Shown piece by piece: positions 1 to 9,322 of a stretch of 60,348 bases of DNA. Positions within the stretch are counted from its first letter, which is position 1, and every line of letters starts with the position of its first letter. A program made the position numbers and the translations under genes. Origin of the DNA: a virus; UHGV virus genome UHGV-0030339, one strand, 5' to 3'. The notes under the pieces are model-generated. The model was not told the DNA's origin. It did no database searches and saw only the letters and a list, made by a program, of their open reading frames with translations.

Positions 1-751
1 GATAATCTTTTCTGGTATTTGTTATTTTCTCATGGCATAATGCTATCTTTTTCTTTGTTTTGTAGTAATTTTGACTTTTTTTCTCTTTATGGGCTAACTG
101 CCTTTGCAGTTTTTCCAGTTTCTTCTCGTTTTTTCTGATAATTTTGGGATTTTCGTATTTCTTTCCACCAGAAGTAATACATAAATCCTTAATACCTAAA
201 TCGATTCCTGTATTTTGGGTTGTATGTGGCAATTCCACATGTTCTGTTTCCACTAAAACCGATACATAATATTTCCCACTCGGCACTTGTGATATCGTTG
301 CTGATTTTATCTGCCCGCTAAACTTTCTATGCAGTTTTACTTTTACGCCTTTTAATTTAGGCAATTTTACTTTGTTTCCATCGAAATCTACTGTTATGTT
401 GCCATTCGTAAAATTTGTTGTATATGATTTATGATTATCATGTTTACTCTTAAACTTTGGATAACCTGCATGCTCCCTAAAAAATTTCTGATATGAACTG
501 TCCATGTTATAAATCGCATTTGTTAAAGCAAACTTATCCACTTCTTTCAGCCATTCATACTCTTTCTTTAATTCCCTGTTGCAGTAATTATTACAATCTG
601 TTTTGCTGACAGATTTTTTCTCTTTTTCGTATCTTTCTTTCCGATATGCAAGTGTCTGATTATACACAAAACGGCAACAGCCAAATGTTTTTTCTATCTG
701 TACTTTCTGCTCATTATTGGGATATATTCTGTATTTATATGCTTTTAACAT
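1..751 (-). CDS. tnpB: TnpB (OrfB) RNA-guided endonuclease, N-terminal ~250 aa; same ORF continues at 60348..59996
   Basis: RC translation MLKAYKYRIYPNNEQKVQIEKTFGCCRFVYNQTLAY...GIDLGIKDL (RuvC-I) ...LCHEKITNTRKDY; the partial codon at pos 1 plus the last 2 nt of the window make CTT(L), followed by [12 protein letters not shown]... Confidence 0.85.
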   Translation of the reverse strand, partial: MLKAYKYRIYPNNEQKVQIEKTFGCCRFVYNQTLAYRKERYEKEKKSVSKTDCNNYCNRELKKEYEWLKEVDKFALTNAIYNMDSSYQKFFREHAGYPKFKSKHDNHKSYTTNFTNGNITVDFDGNKVKLPKLKGVKVKLHRKFSGQIKSATISQVPSGKYYVSVLVETEHVELPHTTQNTGIDLGIKDLCITSGGKKYENPKIIRKNEKKLEKLQRQLAHKEKKSQNYYKTKKKIALCHEKITNTRKDY

Positions 752-769
752 TCGCTGCCACCTTCTTTC

Positions 770-1189
770 TTAGCCTTGATTTTCGATATACTTTTTTAGC
801 ATTTCTTCTGATACATTTCCTACACTACAAGCAAAATAACCATCTGTCCAAAATGTATGTTCTTTCCAGAAATGCTTCCGCAAATAATTCGGATAGCGTT
901 TCCATATATGGTAAGTCGTATAACTTTTCATTAGGTTTACAATTTTACTCACCGACATTGTAGGTTCAGTTTCTATCATGTAGTGAATATGGTCTTTGTC
1001 AGTTTCCATGTATTTGATAATAACTTTGTGCTTTTGACATATCTCATATGAAAACTGCTTTATATCATCTGATACCTGTTGCGAAACCAGTAATTTCTTC
1101 CTATATTTGCAGACGAAAATAATGTGGTATTGTAATAAATATTTGTGTCTGTTTTTAGATTTCCATGTTCCCATATCATTAGCATACAA
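770..1189 (-). CDS. tnpA: IS200/IS605 TnpA (Y1 HUH transposase)
   Basis: 139 aa; HIH motif (DHIHYMIETEP), C-terminal ...TDGYFACSVGNVSEEMLKKYIENQ typical of IS200 TnpA. Confidence 0.9.
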   Translation of the reverse strand: MYANDMGTWKSKNRHKYLLQYHIIFVCKYRKKLLVSQQVSDDIKQFSYEICQKHKVIIKYMETDKDHIHYMIETEPTMSVSKIVNLMKSYTTYHIWKRYPNYLRKHFWKEHTFWTDGYFACSVGNVSEEMLKKYIENQG

Positions 1190-1204
1190 TAATTCTCAGC
1201 TTTT

Positions 1205-1249
1205 GGCTACCTTAACCCACCGTCTAAAGCCAGTGGGATTGCGGTAGCC
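1205..1249 (-). repeat. IS left-end subterminal imperfect palindrome (TnpA recognition hairpin)
   Basis: ggctacc..cccac-tggctttagac-ggtggg..ggtagcc; near-identical hairpin cccattggctttagacaatggg at 59893-59914. Confidence 0.7.
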
Positions 1250-1856
1250 TTATTTCAACAAGGTCAAGTCCTTTCTCTGGAGCATGACCAACTTCCTTTT
1301 TATAGATTTCATTTGCCTTGTCCAAGTCAAATTCCTCGCCAACTTTCAGCATAATGTGGTATTCCAACACAAACTGTGGCACATTGGCATTGTTGCAAAT
1401 CCTATACATCCTCCGCTGATTTCTCGCATACCAGCTAGGATTTTTTGGTATAGGTGTATTGCTTGGCTGGCAAACTGAAGATTGCTCCAAAGTTGCTGGT
1501 TTTGCTTTTGCACGGAAGTATGTGTTCACCAACTCCCTCTGGACTTTCCAAGATAAATCATCTGTAAAGGTTTTGACTATCATCAAATAGCCGCTTTCTG
1601 TAAGCAAATAAGTTATAAGGCTTGGATTTCCCTTAATTATTTCATTAGGGGAATATCGTTCCCCTAATTCTTTTCTTGTCATTTCAAAGTAATCCTCACC
1701 CAAAATAAAATGCTTTTTATGCTTTTGAAAAGATTTCTTTGCGGTATCTGTTTGCTTCCCATGTACTCTGTCAATGTCTTTTAGTGTCACAACTCTCTGA
1801 CCGTTGTACTCTCTCACTGGCATTTCAGTATTTTCAATAGTAATGACTTCTTTCAT
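1224..1856 (-). CDS. ORF6N-domain phage antirepressor-like protein; last ~11 codons lie inside the IS left end
   Basis: N-terminal ...EYNGQRVVTLKDIDRVHGKQTDTAKKSFQKHKKHF resembles ORF6N; paralog of 58937..59563. Confidence 0.55.
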   Translation of the reverse strand: MKEVITIENTEMPVREYNGQRVVTLKDIDRVHGKQTDTAKKSFQKHKKHFILGEDYFEMTRKELGERYSPNEIIKGNPSLITYLLTESGYLMIVKTFTDDLSWKVQRELVNTYFRAKAKPATLEQSSVCQPSNTPIPKNPSWYARNQRRMYRICNNANVPQFVLEYHIMLKVGEEFDLDKANEIYKKEVGHAPEKGLDLVEIRLPQSHWL

Positions 1857-2128
1857 TTTTTCATGCCTCCCCCAAATTCAATCTTGCCATTGGAAAGGCA
1901 CTTGCAGGCATATGCAAAACCCGCAATAAATGACTGCTCTTGAATACTCCATACCTGCTTATTTACAGATCTCTCAATTTCGTCTGCCAGTTTCTCATTG
2001 AGAATACCATAGACTTTCTTCCAGGCGTCATTATATCCCTGACCCCACGCAATTTTTTCTACTTCTCCAGAACTACACCACTGCTCATAAATCATCTTTG
2101 CAAATTCTTCCATTTTAAAATCCTCCAA
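1853..2128 (-). CDS. hypothetical protein
   Basis: 91-aa ORF translationally coupled to the downstream gene. Confidence 0.4.
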   Translation of the reverse strand: MEDFKMEEFAKMIYEQWCSSGEVEKIAWGQGYNDAWKKVYGILNEKLADEIERSVNKQVWSIQEQSFIAGFAYACKCLSNGKIEFGGGMKK

Positions 2129-2232
2129 AAATTATTGAAATTTCCGCAAGAATTTGATAGGATAGATTTATCAGTCCTTGCGGATTGGTGTTTGGAGTAG
2201 CCATAAGTCGGTCAAAACTTGTAGTGGCTACT

Positions 2233-2418
2233 CTATTTTTTTAAGTCCGAATAAAGTTTCTGAACGCCTCTGCGAATACTTTCTGCCCTTGTCTCGTTAT
2301 AATGCATTGCAACTACATCAAGTTGTTTAAGCTGCTCATCATCAAACCTAACTCCTAATTGCGTTTGCTTTGGCTTTTCGCTTTTCGGTCTTCCTGTTCG
2401 TGGACTCATGTTCTTCAC
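2233..2418 (-). CDS. small ribbon-helix-helix-like DNA-binding protein
   Basis: 61 aa, RPKSEKPKQTQLGVRFDDEQLKQLD pattern typical of RHH/CopG-like proteins. Confidence 0.45.
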   Translation of the reverse strand: MKNMSPRTGRPKSEKPKQTQLGVRFDDEQLKQLDVVAMHYNETRAESIRRGVQKLYSDLKK

Positions 2419-2530
2419 CTCACTTTTTGATTACCACAAATTTATATTACTTTATGATTACCAAAAAGTCAACCATAAAAAACAAAAAAATCAGGGAAGT
2501 TTTTCGCTCCCCTGATAATTCGTACCAATA

Positions 2531-2836
2531 TTAAACTTTCCATGTGTGACCGCAGTTCTGGCATGTGGCTCTGGTTTCAAGGATAGATTTTTCTTTTCCC
2601 TGAGTTTTTCCAACACCTACTTTATCACCTCTAAGAGTTCCAAAAAGTAATTTCCACAACCAGCCCATACACAAAAATTGTATTACGTCAATACACCAGC
2701 CAAAGCAAAGCCAATATAAACAGCCCTTTTTTCTAGGCTCTCTCATAACGATTTTCCCGGTAGATGTGCTACCGGTCTGTACATTCTGAACAAAAACATT
2801 TTCGCTTCCACATTTAGGACACTTCATAAAATCCAC
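2531..2836 (-). CDS. zinc-ribbon membrane protein
   Basis: CPKCGSE...CQNCGH flanking a hydrophobic W/L-rich core. Confidence 0.45.
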   Translation of the reverse strand: MDFMKCPKCGSENVFVQNVQTGSTSTGKIVMREPRKKGCLYWLCFGWCIDVIQFLCMGWLWKLLFGTLRGDKVGVGKTQGKEKSILETRATCQNCGHTWKV

Positions 2837-2903
2837 CCCTTGTATAATATTTGTGGATATTGTACCACATAAAAGGGCAAAAGAAAAGAGGCTCGGTGGC
2901 CCC

Positions 2904-3569
2904 TTATGCTGTCAGATATGCAATATCTGCAAATCTCTCCAATCTGTCTTTGCAGTCCTTGTAAATATCCTTATATGGCATATTCATTGACATGTCAATT
3001 CTGATTGTCTGTAAAATGATGCTTTCAACTAACGTCAGGTTATTCAGGTCGGTAACCGATGCAGCGTCCCGGTTTCCCCCAACAATTGACTTAGCCAGCT
3101 TCGTATATGTGAGATACAGTTTATCAGAATGCGTACTGCCCTGTTCTTTCGCATAATCAACAAGCATCTTGATCACATCAGTTTCTTTCAGCCGGTTTTC
3201 TTTATTGGCAAGTCTGGTGTCGTTCCACTGCTTTGACTGTTTTTCGCGAATAAATTCTCTCATTCTGATAAACTCGCTTGCCAGTCTTGCTTTGAAATTT
3301 ACTACCGCGCCATCTACGCCATCGTTTCTCAAAAGCGTCATCAGAAACATTGCCTGCCCCTCATTTAAAAAGTATATTTTTTCTTTTTGACCGTTTTTTG
3401 AAGGCTCCGTTTTAAACGTAACCTTTCCGAGCATAGGTGTTTTTTCAAACACTTCCTCATACTTCTGTATAATTTCTCTTACATTTTTGTGCTGATTTCC
3501 AGTTCCTTCCGCAATCATCTTGCTGTTTGTAAATACATCATTCCCTTTGAGTTCAACCAATTCATACAT
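2904..3569 (-). CDS. Rha-family phage regulatory protein (antirepressor-like)
   Basis: N-terminal NDVFTNSKMIAEGTGNQHKNVREII matches the Rha family signature. Confidence 0.6.
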   Translation of the reverse strand: MYELVELKGNDVFTNSKMIAEGTGNQHKNVREIIQKYEEVFEKTPMLGKVTFKTEPSKNGQKEKIYFLNEGQAMFLMTLLRNDGVDGAVVNFKARLASEFIRMREFIREKQSKQWNDTRLANKENRLKETDVIKMLVDYAKEQGSTHSDKLYLTYTKLAKSIVGGNRDAASVTDLNNLTLVESIILQTIRIDMSMNMPYKDIYKDCKDRLERFADIAYLTA

Positions 3570-3659
3570 ACTGATACCGCCTTTCCTTAACTACTGCTTG
3601 TGCAGGTAGGTTATTTTGTATCAGTATTATGGACATGTACTTCATCAATGGAACTGGGC

Positions 3660-6600
3660 TTAAGTAAAGCTAAATCCATTTCTGCTAATCCGGCTGTTAA
3701 TAGCACTGACAAGCTCGCGCCCGTCAAGACTAATTGACGTATCCTTGTCAGCAGTTTCCCTGGTATTCTCTGCAATCTGGGACAGATATGGAGCTAAGAC
3801 ATCTGCAACAGCTTCTCTTACTCCGGCAGTAATGCCAGCTACAATCTGCTCATTATTTGCTACTGCTGTCTTGCCATTAGAGAATTGGCCAACCATTTCA
3901 TTATGATTTGCAAAAAACAGACCATCTTCTGGAAACCCACCTACAGAGTATTTCGGAATGTCAACATGAGCTATTGCTCTAAAAGATACATGTGAAATGG
4001 TATCTTCTTGCATTTCCTTTGCCGCCTCATTGTAATCGCTGATCAGGTCATTCATGGACTCTGCAATTCTGGACAATCCAGTATTGAACAAGTCAATCAT
4101 GCCATTGACTAAATCTCCAACTTCTTTCACAATGCCTTTAAATCCAGAATAGATACCATCTTTCATATTAGTGCCAAATGGTTCCCATTTTTCCTTTGTG
4201 AACCACGTAGACACGTTATTGGTAAACCAGTTGTTGATATTGATATTCCACTGAGTTTCAAACTCTGTCCATTTGTCCAGAAGCGCAGTTTTGAAATGGT
4301 CGCCCTGTTCCTTCCACTTTTCAACGGTAAACCATGTTTTTACGTTAGTATTCCACCACGTATTAGTCTTTGTTTTCCACTGAGATACAAATTCGTCCCA
4401 CTTGGCAATAAGACCTGTTTTCATTCCGTCCGTTGTAGTTTTCCATTTTTCAGTGGTAAACCATGGAGAAACATTTGCACTAAAAAATGTTGGCATTGCG
4501 GTTCCAGACCACCATACAGCAGCTTGGTTCCATGCATTCATTAACGATGTCTTAAGATTGCCAAAAATAGGATCCAGTGCCGTAGTAGTAAAACTTGACG
4601 CAAGACCGGATACAGCGGTTGTACCAATCGTGCTAAACTGCGACTCGCTAAGGGTATCAGAAATGGTATTGTACACGTCAGTAGCAAATGTGCTGATCGT
4701 ATCAATGCCGTTGCTACTCTCAAATGGCTTTATCAATCCGTCCAGCATACCTTGACCTATCTCTTTCCACTTGGACTCAGAGAATATATCATAGACATCG
4801 TTTATGGTGTCAGAAATACCATTGTGCAGTCCTTCAATAAGGTAAACACCATTCTCATCCATGACAGTAGATGGAGAATGGATACCAAGAACATCTTTAA
4901 ATTTGTCAATAACTCCTTTGGCAACATTTCCAACACTCTCTTTGATATTATTCCAACCGTCTTTGATGCCATTAATCAAGCCTTCCATGAGGTATCCACC
5001 CATTTCCGCCATGACTTTCGATGGAGAGTGGATAATAAATACTGACTGAAATGCATTCATAAATGGAGTAAAAATGTTATCAGCAACCCACTGTCCTATT
5101 GACTTTAATGCATCTACAATACCCGTAAATAAGCCTGCAACAATGTCTCCGCCAGCCGCCTGGATATAAGTGGTAAAATATGTTTTAGTCGCGTTAAATC
5201 CATTCACAAGCATATTCCATACTTGTTGTGCAAGAGCTACCACCAGCGAAGAAAGCGCACCTAAATATGTGCCTAAGTATGTGAAATACGTGGTAATTAA
5301 TCCAGTATAGTTAAATGCAGTAACAATATTGTATAAGGCATTCCAAAGATTAGTTCCAATTTGTGCCCAGTCTACAGAAGCAAGACCGGATATTACGAAG
5401 TCAAATATACCTGTGGTAATTGCATAGCCGGCATCTACCAATCTCTGTGCCAGGCCACCCCAGTCAATACCTACCAGAAAATCCATAACTCCTTCGCCAA
5501 AAGCTCCCCAATCGGTTTCGTCAACAAAGGTAATAAGTGCATCAAGTAGGCCATTAACCACAGAGTTGAGACTTGTAGCCGCACCTGCCCAACTAAATGT
5601 TGAAGCAAATGTATTAAAACTAAGCGCCAAGCTGTTTCCCAAATTCGTCCAACTAAATGTTGTCGCTGCATTTTCCAATACTGTAAACGCTGCGTTTAAC
5701 CCATTAGCGAACATTTGTCCCAGTTCATCCCATTGAACCGTATCGACAATTCCATTAAGTCCGTCACCAATGAATTTTCCAATAGAGTCCCAGTGCGTAA
5801 CATCCAGAAGAGTATTGGCAAAATCTACAGCCGTGTTAACTGCCTGTCCAATTGTTGTACCAATTGATGTAGCCAAACCTTCTGTTTCAACAAAGCCATT
5901 GATGAAGGTTCCAATACTGGATGCAATCTTTCTGGCAGACTCCTGAATGCCGTCCCACGGGATAGAGTCAAGGCCGTTCTTAAGCCACTTTCCAACAGCT
6001 GATCCAAGTTCTGTAAAATCTCCGGCGTTCCACATGGACTTGATTTTATCAGCCCATTCTTTGTACTTGCTGTCAATATCTTGTGTCTCAAACATATCAG
6101 CAGCACTAGCGCCGCCGCTACCGCCGGATCCGCTATTTTTGTTTTGGTCTACAACATTCAGTTCGTCAATTCCAAGCGTATGGGTCTTAAGATCATCAGC
6201 AGCTTTTCCAGCCTTTCCAAGGCTTTTGGCATAGTCTTGTGTCTGTTTTTTAGCTTTAATCCATGTGCCATGTCCTGTAAGTGCTGAAAACAACTGATTA
6301 ACCGCATTTGCCGCATTGATACACAGTTGGATTATCGTGTTTAAAGCCGGGGCGAGTGCATTAAGTATTGGGGCTCCTGCCGCCGCCACAGAGTTTTTCA
6401 GCTGGTTTGTAGAATTCATTAACAATGACATGCTAGCATTGGTTTCACTGCTATATTTAACCAAGTTTTGCATGCCGTCAGTAAAGGCTTTTCTAAGTTT
6501 ATTGACCAATGCAAATAAAGTTCTTACACCAATTGCATATCTCAGTATCGTTCCCAGGTTTTTCAACAATGAATTATGAGTGCCTTTACTTGCACCTGTA

Positions 6601-8078
6601 AGTCCGGAAAATGCTTTTGAAAGTTTACTTTTAATCGCAGATGCCAATGAGACTATTGTTTTTTTTGCTACCTTTAAAGGTGCAGTCAATCCGGTTAATA
6701 TAGCTTTTTTGGCGGCACCTGCTGCTGCTCTAGCAGCCGCTCCAATAAGTGACAATTTGCCAGCAATTCCTGAAGCTGCTCTTTTTGCCAAATTTGGCAA
6801 ATCTCTAAAAGTCTGAGCTATCATGCCTTTCATATTTTGCAATTGACCTGATAAGCTGCTAGTATTCGGCCCGGCAATCGCCGCAGGTTGAGCGGGTACT
6901 TTTGCAGCTTCCTCAGCTGCTTGACGTGCGGACCCACGCATAGCATCTAATTGCGCTTTTAAGCTTTCAATCTGGTTTTCATACTTAACAACACTTGCAA
7001 TAGCATGTTCGTATGATTTACCATCTGTATCCCCTGAAAGTTCGATTTCTTGCTGTTTGAGCTTTGCATTTTCTAAACTGTTGGTCAGAGATTTTATCTT
7101 TGACTCAATTTCTTTTTCGCTGCCAGACATGGTAAAACTTTTTCCAAGTTCCGCATATTTTTCTCTGATTTCCTGAGCTTTTTCAGAAATGCTTTTGCTC
7201 ATATTTGACATTTGGTCATTGATTTCTTGGCTTGTCTCAGTAGCACCTTGAACCATTTCAGGGTTATTTAAGGCCTGTCCGGCCTGCGCACCATACTCAC
7301 TTACAGCCTGTGCCCAATCCCTAATCTGTGCTGCGGCTTCTCCAAATGTTGCAGCCATAGCATCTGCGTTATACTGCATATCAGAAACAGCCACTTTTAC
7401 AGCGTCTTGAACTTCGGTAATGTTTTCCTTGACGTTGTCTCCAAAAAGTTCTGATACATCATGTACATCAAACATATCGTCAAGTTTTGGAAATTCACCA
7501 TCAATCGTACCTGTAAACTCATTGGGGTTTGATTTTGTAGCCGCTACCTCTTGCGCCGCAGCAGCGGCTTCAATTTCAGCTTGTCTAAGAGCCTCAAGCT
7601 GTGATTTCAGACTTTCAATCTGGTTCTCATACTTGACAACGCTTGCTACAGCTTTCTCGTATGACTGACCGCCAGTATTTCCGGAAGCTTCTAATTCCTG
7701 CTGTTTCAAGCGTGCATTTGCTAAGGCGTTAGTTAAAGAGTCTACTTTTTTTTGAATTTGCTTTTCAGAACCGGACATGGTAAATCCCTTACCAACTTCC
7801 GCATACTGCTTTCTAATTTCTTCTAATGATTTAGAAACATTCTTTGCAAGCGCCGACGTTTGATCCTTAATTTGCTTGTTAATGGAATCAAGGCTTTTAC
7901 CACTATCTTGGGAAGCCTTAGAAAAACTCTTTCTAAAGTCAGATAGGGTAGAATTTTTTTTTAACGCAGAAATACCTTCTGCCACAAGCCCTAACTTTTT
8001 TATAAGCTCATCAAGGCTCTTACTTGCTTCGTCAGCTGTAGTTTTAACTGATATTTCCAGAGAATCTACTTCTGCCAT
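3660..8078 (-). CDS. tail tape measure protein
   Basis: 1472 aa; duplicated coiled-coil blocks; IHSPS/HSPS motifs; W-rich tandem repeats (WFT.EKW); long Ala/Gly-rich segments. Confidence 0.9.
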   Translation of the reverse strand: MAEVDSLEISVKTTADEASKSLDELIKKLGLVAEGISALKKNSTLSDFRKSFSKASQDSGKSLDSINKQIKDQTSALAKNVSKSLEEIRKQYAEVGKGFTMSGSEKQIQKKVDSLTNALANARLKQQELEASGNTGGQSYEKAVASVVKYENQIESLKSQLEALRQAEIEAAAAAQEVAATKSNPNEFTGTIDGEFPKLDDMFDVHDVSELFGDNVKENITEVQDAVKVAVSDMQYNADAMAATFGEAAAQIRDWAQAVSEYGAQAGQALNNPEMVQGATETSQEINDQMSNMSKSISEKAQEIREKYAELGKSFTMSGSEKEIESKIKSLTNSLENAKLKQQEIELSGDTDGKSYEHAIASVVKYENQIESLKAQLDAMRGSARQAAEEAAKVPAQPAAIAGPNTSSLSGQLQNMKGMIAQTFRDLPNLAKRAASGIAGKLSLIGAAARAAAGAAKKAILTGLTAPLKVAKKTIVSLASAIKSKLSKAFSGLTGASKGTHNSLLKNLGTILRYAIGVRTLFALVNKLRKAFTDGMQNLVKYSSETNASMSLLMNSTNQLKNSVAAAGAPILNALAPALNTIIQLCINAANAVNQLFSALTGHGTWIKAKKQTQDYAKSLGKAGKAADDLKTHTLGIDELNVVDQNKNSGSGGSGGASAADMFETQDIDSKYKEWADKIKSMWNAGDFTELGSAVGKWLKNGLDSIPWDGIQESARKIASSIGTFINGFVETEGLATSIGTTIGQAVNTAVDFANTLLDVTHWDSIGKFIGDGLNGIVDTVQWDELGQMFANGLNAAFTVLENAATTFSWTNLGNSLALSFNTFASTFSWAGAATSLNSVVNGLLDALITFVDETDWGAFGEGVMDFLVGIDWGGLAQRLVDAGYAITTGIFDFVISGLASVDWAQIGTNLWNALYNIVTAFNYTGLITTYFTYLGTYLGALSSLVVALAQQVWNMLVNGFNATKTYFTTYIQAAGGDIVAGLFTGIVDALKSIGQWVADNIFTPFMNAFQSVFIIHSPSKVMAEMGGYLMEGLINGIKDGWNNIKESVGNVAKGVIDKFKDVLGIHSPSTVMDENGVYLIEGLHNGISDTINDVYDIFSESKWKEIGQGMLDGLIKPFESSNGIDTISTFATDVYNTISDTLSESQFSTIGTTAVSGLASSFTTTALDPIFGNLKTSLMNAWNQAAVWWSGTAMPTFFSANVSPWFTTEKWKTTTDGMKTGLIAKWDEFVSQWKTKTNTWWNTNVKTWFTVEKWKEQGDHFKTALLDKWTEFETQWNININNWFTNNVSTWFTKEKWEPFGTNMKDGIYSGFKGIVKEVGDLVNGMIDLFNTGLSRIAESMNDLISDYNEAAKEMQEDTISHVSFRAIAHVDIPKYSVGGFPEDGLFFANHNEMVGQFSNGKTAVANNEQIVAGITAGVREAVADVLAPYLSQIAENTRETADKDTSISLDGRELVSAINSRISRNGFSFT

Positions 8079-8100
8079 TTTGCACCTCTTTTCTGTAAAA

Positions 8101-8138
8101 CAAAAAAAGGGAGATAAGTGATTAAACCTATCTCCCTA
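8101..8138 (-). terminator. intrinsic terminator between the CHAP lysin gene and the TMP gene
   Basis: minus-strand gggagata-loop-tatctccc followed by a T7 run, then RBS and the TMP ATG. Confidence 0.6.
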
Positions 8139-8142
8139 AAAC

Positions 8143-8922
8143 TTAAAAATTTCCCACATCCTGTTTGCCATCTGAATTTGTCAAGTACAATGCACACTCA
8201 TATGGATGTCCTGATCTAGGCTCAAAGTAATACCAACTATCGCCAATCTCTTGCCAGCCAGTTACCGCATATCCATCTTTGTTGAAATAATACTTATGAT
8301 GGTTGATAACTTTCCAACAATTTTTGCAATATGTTGATTTCGTATCTGCATACCACCAACCATTGCTATCATGGTTCCATCCAACAGTGTATGAATTACT
8401 TTCTGCAAGGGTCCAATCCGGTCTTCCATATCCATCAATTCTGCTGTTGTTAAGATTATACGATTTTTCGCAGACGGCACCACCATTGGCGACAACTTCT
8501 GCACCACTGCTGGTATTACCTTCAATCGTATAGACTTTCCCACCGGAAACTTTTATTACAATTCCGGTGTGGCATATTCTTGACGAATTGCGAAAAAAAA
8601 TCTGGTCTCCTGGTTTGGGATCAGATTTGTGGTATTGGCCCTTATTTTTAAAATATTGTGCAGACGTAGGAGTATAAGCGCTAAAGCCATCACACAACAA
8701 TTGTTTAGCTTTTACTGAACCAAAGGCTTGTACAAAACACCAGTCTACGAACATATCACACCACGCTTGACCTTGAAGTGACGGATAAATATCCCTGGCA
8801 TACTTTGTGTAATTATTGCTACCTGCATTGCCGGTTTTACTATCTAGAATATCATTTGACCTTTTTTCAAGATATCCAACTTCTGCTTTTGCAATTCCTA
8901 TTAATCTGTCAACTACGCTCAT
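8143..8922 (-). CDS. CHAP-domain peptidoglycan hydrolase with C-terminal cell-wall-binding repeats (endolysin or virion lysin)
   Basis: QAWCDMFVDWC (Cys) and ICHTGIV (His) catalytic motifs; C-terminal GW...WYY choline-binding-type repeats. Confidence 0.75.
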   Translation of the reverse strand: MSVVDRLIGIAKAEVGYLEKRSNDILDSKTGNAGSNNYTKYARDIYPSLQGQAWCDMFVDWCFVQAFGSVKAKQLLCDGFSAYTPTSAQYFKNKGQYHKSDPKPGDQIFFRNSSRICHTGIVIKVSGGKVYTIEGNTSSGAEVVANGGAVCEKSYNLNNSRIDGYGRPDWTLAESNSYTVGWNHDSNGWWYADTKSTYCKNCWKVINHHKYYFNKDGYAVTGWQEIGDSWYYFEPRSGHPYECALYLTNSDGKQDVGNF

Positions 8923-8936
8923 TCATAGATTCTCCT

Positions 8937-9281
8937 TTAATCCGGCCCTTCAGGAAGACCAGCTTGCCTTAGCAAGTTAATTCTCTGCTTCATTTCATAG
9001 ACAGCGCATTCCTCATTAGATTCAACATTACCGTTATCAGAGCTATCTTTGTATTTATCCAATACTGGATGTTCGATATACTTAGCTCTTGACTTTTTGC
9101 CTGCCAAATTGCGCTCAATTGCAACTCCAACGGCAGATAACCCATAGGATCCCCATTGCATCCATGCTTCTACATCTCTATGTTTACGTTCAAGCATATT
9201 AGCCTCAGCATATGGCTGTAAATCAGTCGGGCATGATTCGTCTATTTCTGATACTGTCAATCCATAACCTTTAGACACCAT
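8937..9281 (-). CDS. tail assembly chaperone T-portion (expressed as a G-T fusion by -1 frameshift)
   Basis: frame open upstream through the G stop; sits between the tail tube and TMP genes. Confidence 0.55.
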   Translation of the reverse strand: MVSKGYGLTVSEIDESCPTDLQPYAEANMLERKHRDVEAWMQWGSYGLSAVGVAIERNLAGKKSRAKYIEHPVLDKYKDSSDNGNVESNEECAVYEMKQRINLLRQAGLPEGPD

Positions 9282-9322
9282 TAACCAATACGGCCGTATT
9301 TCTTTACAATATGTCTGCCAGG

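Larger units (their letters stand above)
1..1262 (-). mobile_element. IS200/IS605-family insertion sequence (tnpA + tnpB), left-end portion; the element continues across the window origin to about 59875
   Basis: Y1 transposase ORF plus TnpB N-terminus; subterminal imperfect hairpin at 1205-1249 with the same loop (gctttagac) as the hairpin at 59893-59914. Confidence 0.8.

Noticed and set aside
4296-8121. Multiple + strand ORFs (60-117 aa) inside the TMP gene
   Set aside because: They are antisense to a 1472-aa gene with clear TMP features. They are typical by-products of the Ala/Gly/Ser-rich coding strand.
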